From: a virus
Length of the DNA stretch: 64,000 nucleotides
Reading direction: 5' to 3' (one strand)
IMG/VR virus record: IMGVR_UViG_3300043539_001475
Span: 1 to 64,000 of that record
The translations under genes were made by a program, and so were the position numbers. Position 1 is the first letter of the stretch, and each line of letters starts with the position of its first letter. The notes below the pieces were generated by a model that saw only the letters and a list, made by a program, of their open reading frames with translations, was not told the origin of the DNA and did not search any database. Shown piece by piece: positions 58,328-64,000 of the stretch.

Positions 58328-58600
58328 ATGAAAACAAAAAATATATTGATTGGTGCGGGGGTTTTAGTGGTTGGTTACTTGCTTTTGAAAAAAAGTAAAA
58401 ATAATCAGCAACCTTTTAATATTCAGACAATAGTAAAAGACCAATCTAAAGCAGTTGTAGGCAGACCTATGACAGAAGATGAGTTGAAAAAGTTTAAATG
58501 CGAAATGGAATATTCTAAATTAGCAAAGCCAATGGTTATGATGCCTCCAGAATATTGGAGTAAACGGAAAGAAGAATGGATGAAAGCTAATTGTAAATAA
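58328..58600 (+). CDS. N-terminal signal-anchor protein
   Basis: KNILIGAGVLVVGYLLLKKSK. Confidence 0.65.
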   Translation: MKTKNILIGAGVLVVGYLLLKKSKNNQQPFNIQTIVKDQSKAVVGRPMTEDELKKFKCEMEYSKLAKPMVMMPPEYWSKRKEEWMKANCK

Positions 58601-58608
58601 ATAAAAAC

Positions 58609-59178
58609 ATGAAAATAGATAACAAAAAATTATTGATTGGTGCAGGTATATTAGCCGTTGGAACTGCAATATACCTATTCTTAAAAAATAAACGCAATAA
58701 AAGTCAGGTTGGAATATTAGATGACGAATCGATAGAAATTGACTATAATAACGCAAGTGGTAAACCCTCTTCTACTGCTAGTGGAATAGCAAGCGGAGTA
58801 GAAAAACCTTTGTCGGTTAACGATTATAATACTAGTATAGAAAAGGCATTAAATGATAAAAAATATCAAAATTACATAGGACAAAAAATATATACTCTAG
58901 TTGATAATGTGAATGTAAGAATGGGTGCAAATGTAAATAATGGTATATTTCATAACAAAGCTGGCACAATACCAAAGAAAAAAACATTTATAGGAAAGGT
59001 AGTTACTGCAAAATTAGGAAATGATAAAAAAATATGGTTTGCGGTAAATGAAGAAAACTCAAATATATTATATAATGTTAAAAAGCATTTTAATTGGAGC
59101 ATTTATTTAGAAAGAGACCCTTCTCTACGTTGGTTTAGGTCGGATGTAGTAATTGTTAAATTAGATAAAAATAAATAA
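58609..59178 (+). CDS. signal-anchor protein with SH3b-like domain
   Basis: KKLLIGAGILAVG; DNVNVR...IGKV...WFAV...WFRSDVV. Confidence 0.6.
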   Translation: MKIDNKKLLIGAGILAVGTAIYLFLKNKRNKSQVGILDDESIEIDYNNASGKPSSTASGIASGVEKPLSVNDYNTSIEKALNDKKYQNYIGQKIYTLVDNVNVRMGANVNNGIFHNKAGTIPKKKTFIGKVVTAKLGNDKKIWFAVNEENSNILYNVKKHFNWSIYLERDPSLRWFRSDVVIVKLDKNK

Positions 59179-59180
59179 AA

Positions 59181-59549
59181 ATGGAAATAGATAAAAAAAA
59201 ATTATTGATTGGTGCAGGGGTTTTAGTAATTGGGTACTTAGCTTATAAAAGTATGAAAAATAAGTCTACTATATCTAAAACAGTAGTTGCTCCTACTGTT
59301 GATACTATTGTTAAACCTACTGTTCGTACTGCTGTCGCTTTAACACCAGAGCAAGAAAAAATACAATTATTTGAAAGAGGTGTTTTAAGTTATGAAGGGG
59401 GCGTTGCTCCAAATAAAATGGTTTTAGACAATATTGCAAAAACAAGAAATGATGCGCTTGCTAAAATTAAGAATTTAATGCTAGATGCAGAATTTGCTAC
59501 TTGGAAAAGCAAACGTACAATAGATAAAAAAGCTCCTCCAAGACAATAA
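59181..59549 (+). CDS. N-terminal signal-anchor protein
   Basis: KKLLIGAGVLVIGYLAYK. Confidence 0.65.
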   Translation: MEIDKKKLLIGAGVLVIGYLAYKSMKNKSTISKTVVAPTVDTIVKPTVRTAVALTPEQEKIQLFERGVLSYEGGVAPNKMVLDNIAKTRNDALAKIKNLMLDAEFATWKSKRTIDKKAPPRQ

Positions 59550-59561
59550 AAAATAAAAAAT

Positions 59562-59858
59562 ATGAACTCAAAAACATTAAAATACGGACTTATTGGTGGG
59601 GCGGTTTTAGTAGCTATATACATCTTTAATAAAAAAAGTTTTAAAGGCACATCACAAGACCCTAATATAGACGAGCCTAGCGCAGTTGCAGACAAGGACA
59701 AATATTTGTCATTAGGTTCAACTGGTTTGGAAGTTATGTTGCTACAAAAAGCTCTTGGAAATCTTGCAGTAGATGGTATTTTTGGAGTTAAAACACAAGC
59801 TAGATTAAAAGAGGTAAAAGGGCTTAGTTTAATCACACTTAATCAATTAAATAAATAA
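59562..59858 (+). CDS. signal-anchor protein with peptidoglycan-binding (PG_binding_1-like) domain
   Basis: LSLGSTGLEVMLLQKAL..LAVDGIFGVKT. Confidence 0.8.
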   Translation: MNSKTLKYGLIGGAVLVAIYIFNKKSFKGTSQDPNIDEPSAVADKDKYLSLGSTGLEVMLLQKALGNLAVDGIFGVKTQARLKEVKGLSLITLNQLNK

Positions 59859-59861
59859 AAA

Positions 59862-60080
59862 ATGAATCGCAAATCATTTTATATATTAGGAGGTTCGTTA
59901 GCCGTTATTATTGCCGTTTTGTATTTCACAAAAAACAAGGCTATAATAGTTAAAAAAGAAGAGCGAGTTGTCACTGGGGGTCAATCAGCGACTATACCAC
60001 CAATGGAAGCTCCGACTTTAAGAACTCCTCCTTTAGTTGGAGATGTTTGGCTTACTCTCAAAGGAATATTTAATAAATAA
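59862..60080 (+). CDS. N-terminal signal-anchor protein
   Basis: YILGGSLAVIIAVLYF. Confidence 0.6.
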   Translation: MNRKSFYILGGSLAVIIAVLYFTKNKAIIVKKEERVVTGGQSATIPPMEAPTLRTPPLVGDVWLTLKGIFNK

Positions 60081-60097
60081 CAATTAAAACAATAAAA

Positions 60098-60361
60098 ATG
60101 GATGACAAAAAATTTAAAATAGCAGGATTGTTGATTTTAGCTGTTGGGGCTTATTTCTTATATTCAAGGGTAAAGCTTAATCAAAAAGTTGGAGATGTGG
60201 ACGCTATTATTTCTTCTGGAAATTCTTCTAACAAGCCAGTTTTACTTACGTTCCAAAAAGAATTTCTTTCTGCATGGGCTAGTGCTATAAAACAAAGTAT
60301 CCCTACGTTTGTATTTGAGAATAAAACATACAACACTAAAGGCGGAAAAGCAATTAAATAA
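60098..60361 (+). CDS. N-terminal signal-anchor protein
   Basis: IAGLLILAVGAYFLY. Confidence 0.6.
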   Translation: MDDKKFKIAGLLILAVGAYFLYSRVKLNQKVGDVDAIISSGNSSNKPVLLTFQKEFLSAWASAIKQSIPTFVFENKTYNTKGGKAIK

Positions 60362-60372
60362 AAAATATAAAA

Positions 60373-60882
60373 ATGGAATCTAAATTTATATCAAAAGCAG
60401 GTGATTTTATTGCTAATAATAAAAAGCCATTAATATATGTGGGAGGTGCTATTGCAATTGTTGTAATAGGGTATTCCATTATTAGAAAATTGCAAGGTGG
60501 TATTGGCTCATTTCTAAAAGACAAAAGTGTCGGAGCAAAAGACTTTGTGCCAGTTCAGGTAGATGTTGCAAAATCTACAATTTCAGATGCCATTGCTAAT
60601 AACTATGCAAATCAATTGTTTAACGCTATGGATGGTTTTGGAACTAATTCAAGTGCAATTTACGAGATTATAAATAAGCTACAGCAAAAGGAAGATTTTA
60701 GAAAAGTGTACAACTCTTTTGGAAGAAAAAGTTACTACATAGACGGAAGTCCTACTGCAAGCGCTTATATTTTTGGTTACAAAAACCTAGATTTAATCGA
60801 ATGGTTGGATAAAGAAGTTGGGTACTCGAATCCATTAACATACAACTTAGTTAAAAAAACAATTAAAAACGCAAATTTATAA
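60373..60882 (+). CDS. signal-anchor protein with an annexin-like repeat
   Basis: YANQLFNAMDGFGTNSSAIYEII resembles the annexin consensus A..L..AM.G.GT. Confidence 0.6.
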   Translation: MESKFISKAGDFIANNKKPLIYVGGAIAIVVIGYSIIRKLQGGIGSFLKDKSVGAKDFVPVQVDVAKSTISDAIANNYANQLFNAMDGFGTNSSAIYEIINKLQQKEDFRKVYNSFGRKSYYIDGSPTASAYIFGYKNLDLIEWLDKEVGYSNPLTYNLVKKTIKNANL

Positions 60883-60886
60883 AAAA

Positions 60887-61780
60887 ATGAGAAAAACATT
60901 AGCAAAAAAAATGCCTTCTAAAGCATCTTCACCAACTAGCGGTGTTTTATTTAAACCATCAAAAGTTTTAGGTGTAAAAGTTCCAAGACCAGAAAAAAAT
61001 AAAATTCAGCCAAGAATTTTAGGCGGAAAAATTGCACGACCATCCTCAAAATTAGTTGCGGATATTTCTTTAGGGCTAACACCTAAAAAGTCAAATGCAA
61101 ATTTACCTAGCACAAGTTTAGCATCTTTATCTGATTGCGAACAAAAAGCAAGGCAAAAAATGTCGAATATGAGATTCATATCAGCTAAAGCTATGAGTGA
61201 TTACAAAACAGACTTTATAGCTAAATGTATGGGCGTAAAAACAGTACTGCCAGTACCGCAAAGTATTCCACAAAAAGAACAAGAAAATAAATATTCGCAG
61301 ATGTTAAGTATGATACCTAATGAGTTTGTAATTAAGTCAAGTGGCTATAATACATCTTACTATAAAGGCAAATCTAATATTCATACAAAATTAAGCGCTA
61401 CAACGGTTGGGATTGGTACTGGTTCTCCAATACAAATTTCTAATGAAGAATTTATAGATGCTTACAGTCAATTTTTGAAACAACCAAAAGTAATGATGCC
61501 GATAATGCCATCAGCGCCATCAGCGCTATCAGCGCCATCAGCGCCATCAGCGCCATCAGAAATAACATCAGATTCAGAGTTAGAGCAAGAGCAAGAGTTA
61601 GAAACTATTACTCCTAGTAATTCTGCTGATACTGTTGCTCCTATTAATCCTACTAATAATGGCACATCCAACATTCAAGTTAATAGTGCGCCTAAAACAA
61701 AAAAAACTAATTACTTATTGTATTTTGTTTTGGCTATTTCTAGCGTAATAGTTTTAAAAAAATTTTTAAAAAAAAAATAA
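60887..61780 (+). CDS. tail-anchored protein with basic N-terminus and (SAP)n repeat
   Basis: 9-bp repeats at about 61507-61558; C-terminal TM. Confidence 0.65.
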   Translation: MRKTLAKKMPSKASSPTSGVLFKPSKVLGVKVPRPEKNKIQPRILGGKIARPSSKLVADISLGLTPKKSNANLPSTSLASLSDCEQKARQKMSNMRFISAKAMSDYKTDFIAKCMGVKTVLPVPQSIPQKEQENKYSQMLSMIPNEFVIKSSGYNTSYYKGKSNIHTKLSATTVGIGTGSPIQISNEEFIDAYSQFLKQPKVMMPIMPSAPSALSAPSAPSAPSEITSDSELEQEQELETITPSNSADTVAPINPTNNGTSNIQVNSAPKTKKTNYLLYFVLAISSVIVLKKFLKKK

Positions 61781-61781
61781 T

Positions 61782-61913
61782 ATGAAAAGCTCAACAATTT
61801 TATTAGTCGTTGGTGGATTAGCAATAGGTTATTTATATTTAGAAAATAAAAAACCACAATCTACCGTATCAAAAAAAGTCAAGCAAATCAATCAAAAGCT
61901 AAAACAACTTTAA
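61782..61913 (+). CDS. 43-aa signal-anchor microprotein, short paralog of the next gene
   Basis: [25 protein letters not shown]... Confidence 0.55.
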   Translation: MKSSTILLVVGGLAIGYLYLENKKPQSTVSKKVKQINQKLKQL

Positions 61914-61923
61914 AAAAAATAAG

Positions 61924-63105
61924 ATGAAAAATTCAACAATTTTATTAGGCGTAGGTGGATTAGCAATAGCGTATTTTTATTTAAAAAATAAAAAACCACT
62001 ATCTACTACATCGACAACTCAAACAAATGAACCAACAGGTTCAACAGGTTCAACAGGTTCAACAGGTTCAACAGGTTCAACAGGTTCAACAGGTTCAACA
62101 GGTTCAACAAGTTCAACAGGGTCAACAGGGTCAACAGGGTCAACAGGGTCAACAGGGTCAACAGGGTCAACAGGGTCAACAGGGTCAACAGGGTCAACAG
62201 GGTCAACAGGGTCAACAGGGTCAACAGCATTAGTGGAAGAAATGGAAGAAATGGAACCAACGGTACAAACATCACCAACGGTACAAATACCTCCAACGGT
62301 ACAAATACCTCCAACGGTACAAACATCACCAACGGTACAAATACCTCCAACGGTACAAATATCTCCAACGGTACAAACATTACCAACGGTACAAACATCA
62401 CCAACGGTACAAACATTACCAACGGTACAAATACCTCCAATAATTATACCTTCTGTGGCTGATATTTCTTTAGGATTACAACCTATAACTACAACTACAA
62501 AACCTACAGTAGACACGGTTGTATCGGCATTTGCAGAAACGCAAACTGAAAACTATAAAAAAGCAAGAGAATTGTCAAGAAATATTAGCGCTCTTTTAAT
62601 TAAAGTTGATTTATACAAAACTAAGAAAACTAAAAATAAAATCAGAAACGAAATATCAGATAAAACAAAGCAAGCAAATGCTTTGGGGTACAAAATATTG
62701 CCTTACGGTGAAATTGTAGCATTGAACGCTGTTGCAGATATTTCTTTAGGATTAAAACCAACAACCGCTAACACACCAAGTTTTTTGACAAGAATTTTAG
62801 GAGGAACACTTACACCAAGTGCTTTAACTCAAGCAAGTAGTATGTCAACTCCAGCAAGTAGTGTGAAAACTCTACCAAGTTTTTTAGGAGGAGGACGAAG
62901 TATTACACCAAGTGTTTTAACTCAAGCAAGTAGTATGTCAACTCCAGCAAGTAGTGTATCAACTCCAATAAATAGTATAAAAATTTTCGGAGGAAGAGTA
63001 ATTCCAGTAAGCCCAACAAGTAGTGTAAAAACTCCGCCAATTTTTTTAGGGGGGCGAACAAGCGCAACAACAAATAGTTTTCTGTCAAAATTAAAAAGAA
63101 GATAA
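61924..63105 (+). CDS. signal-anchor mucin-like protein with (STG)n and (PTVQxx)n repeats
   Basis: 9-bp repeats 62035-62226; 18-bp repeats 62256-62438. Confidence 0.75.
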   Translation: MKNSTILLGVGGLAIAYFYLKNKKPLSTTSTTQTNEPTGSTGSTGSTGSTGSTGSTGSTGSTSSTGSTGSTGSTGSTGSTGSTGSTGSTGSTGSTGSTGSTALVEEMEEMEPTVQTSPTVQIPPTVQIPPTVQTSPTVQIPPTVQISPTVQTLPTVQTSPTVQTLPTVQIPPIIIPSVADISLGLQPITTTTKPTVDTVVSAFAETQTENYKKARELSRNISALLIKVDLYKTKKTKNKIRNEISDKTKQANALGYKILPYGEIVALNAVADISLGLKPTTANTPSFLTRILGGTLTPSALTQASSMSTPASSVKTLPSFLGGGRSITPSVLTQASSMSTPASSVSTPINSIKIFGGRVIPVSPTSSVKTPPIFLGGRTSATTNSFLSKLKRR

Positions 63106-63106
63106 T

Positions 63107-64000
63107 ATGAAAAGTTCAACAATATTAGGGGTTGGGATAATATCAGTAGTTGGTGTGGGTGCGTATTTTTATTTAAAAAATAAAAAACCACTATCGACAA
63201 CATCGACAACAGGGTCAACAGGGTCAACAGGGTCAACAGGGTCAACAGGGTCAACAGGGTCAACAGGGTCAACAGGGTCAACAGCATTAGTGGAAGAAAT
63301 GGAAGAAATGGAACCAACGGTACAAACATCACCAACGGTACAAACATCGCCAACGGTACAAACATCGCCAACGGTACAAACATCGCCAACAATTACACCT
63401 TCTGTGGCTGATATTTCTTTAGGATTACAACCTATAACTACAACTACAAAACCTACAGTAGACACGGTTGTATCGGCATTTGCAGAAACGCAAACTGAAA
63501 ACTATAAAAAAGCAAGAGAATTGTCAAGAAATATTAGCGCTCTTTTAATTAAAGTTGATTTATACAAAACTAAGAAAACTAAAAATAAAATCAGAAACGA
63601 AATATCAGATAAAACAAAGCAAGCAAATGCTTTGGGGTACAAAATATTGCCTTACGGTGAAATTGTAGCATTGAACGCTGTTGCAGATATTTCTTTAGGA
63701 TTAAAACCAACAACCGCTAACACACCAAGTTTTTTGACAAAAATTCTTGGACGAACACTTACACCAAGTGTTTTAACTCAAGCAAGTAGTATGTCAACTC
63801 CAGCAAGTAGTGTGAAAACTCTACCAAGTTTTTTAGGAGGAGGACGAAGTATTACACCAAGTGTTTTAACTCAAGCAAGTAGTGTATCAACTCCAATAAA
63901 TAGTATAAAAATTTTCGGAGGAAGAGTAATTCCAGTAAGCCCAACAAGTAGTGTAAAAACTCCGCCAATTTTTTTAGGAGGACGAACAAGCGCAACAACA
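63107..64000 (+). CDS. tandem paralog of 61924-63105, runs off the window end
   Basis: ATG 63107, [28 protein letters not shown]; long near-identical blocks with fewer repeat units. Confidence 0.8.
   Translation, partial: MKSSTILGVGIISVVGVGAYFYLKNKKPLSTTSTTGSTGSTGSTGSTGSTGSTGSTGSTALVEEMEEMEPTVQTSPTVQTSPTVQTSPTVQTSPTITPSVADISLGLQPITTTTKPTVDTVVSAFAETQTENYKKARELSRNISALLIKVDLYKTKKTKNKIRNEISDKTKQANALGYKILPYGEIVALNAVADISLGLKPTTANTPSFLTKILGRTLTPSVLTQASSMSTPASSVKTLPSFLGGGRSITPSVLTQASSVSTPINSIKIFGGRVIPVSPTSSVKTPPIFLGGRTSATT

Noticed and set aside
62006-63465. Minus-strand and alternative-frame ORFs over the STG/PTVQ repeats
   Set aside because: Artefacts of stop-free tandem repeats; the + frame carries the conserved anchor
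1-64000. Stop-codon reassignment
   Set aside because: Standard code gives dense, tightly coupled ORFs up to 7.7 kb; TAA, TAG and TGA all end genes; the only tRNA is a normal Gln(UUG)

Overview
AT-rich, almost entirely + strand viral DNA. The host is probably Bacteroidota (Flavobacterium-like): genes have A-rich leaders without Shine-Dalgarno sites, and there are TTTG-N18/19-TAnnTTTG promoters. Layout: (1) 0.7-8 kb, a DEDDh exonuclease and six orphan DNA methyltransferases held in an integron-like array of TAAC-hairpin-GTTA recombination sites; (2) 8-18.7 kb, replication/regulation genes, three glycosyltransferases, an LpxA-like acyltransferase and tRNA-Gln; (3) 19-37.6 kb, two giant proteins (1933 and 2575 aa) divided into modules by a recurring [FYML]-x-x-G-G motif, with zeta-toxin and ART-PolyVal-like modules, flanking a MoxR-type AAA+ operon; (4) 37.8-52.3 kb, four peptidoglycan hydrolases, a fibre, an A32/FtsK-HerA-type ATPase and a lysis cassette containing a PAS-PAS-TM protein; (5) 52.7-64 kb, a candidate small beta-rich major capsid protein followed by more than 20 small single-TM proteins. 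I recognise no terminase, portal, HK97 capsid or tail genes. The best reading is an unusually large tailless, membrane-containing virus. All family calls come from motif recognition by eye; no database searches were run.
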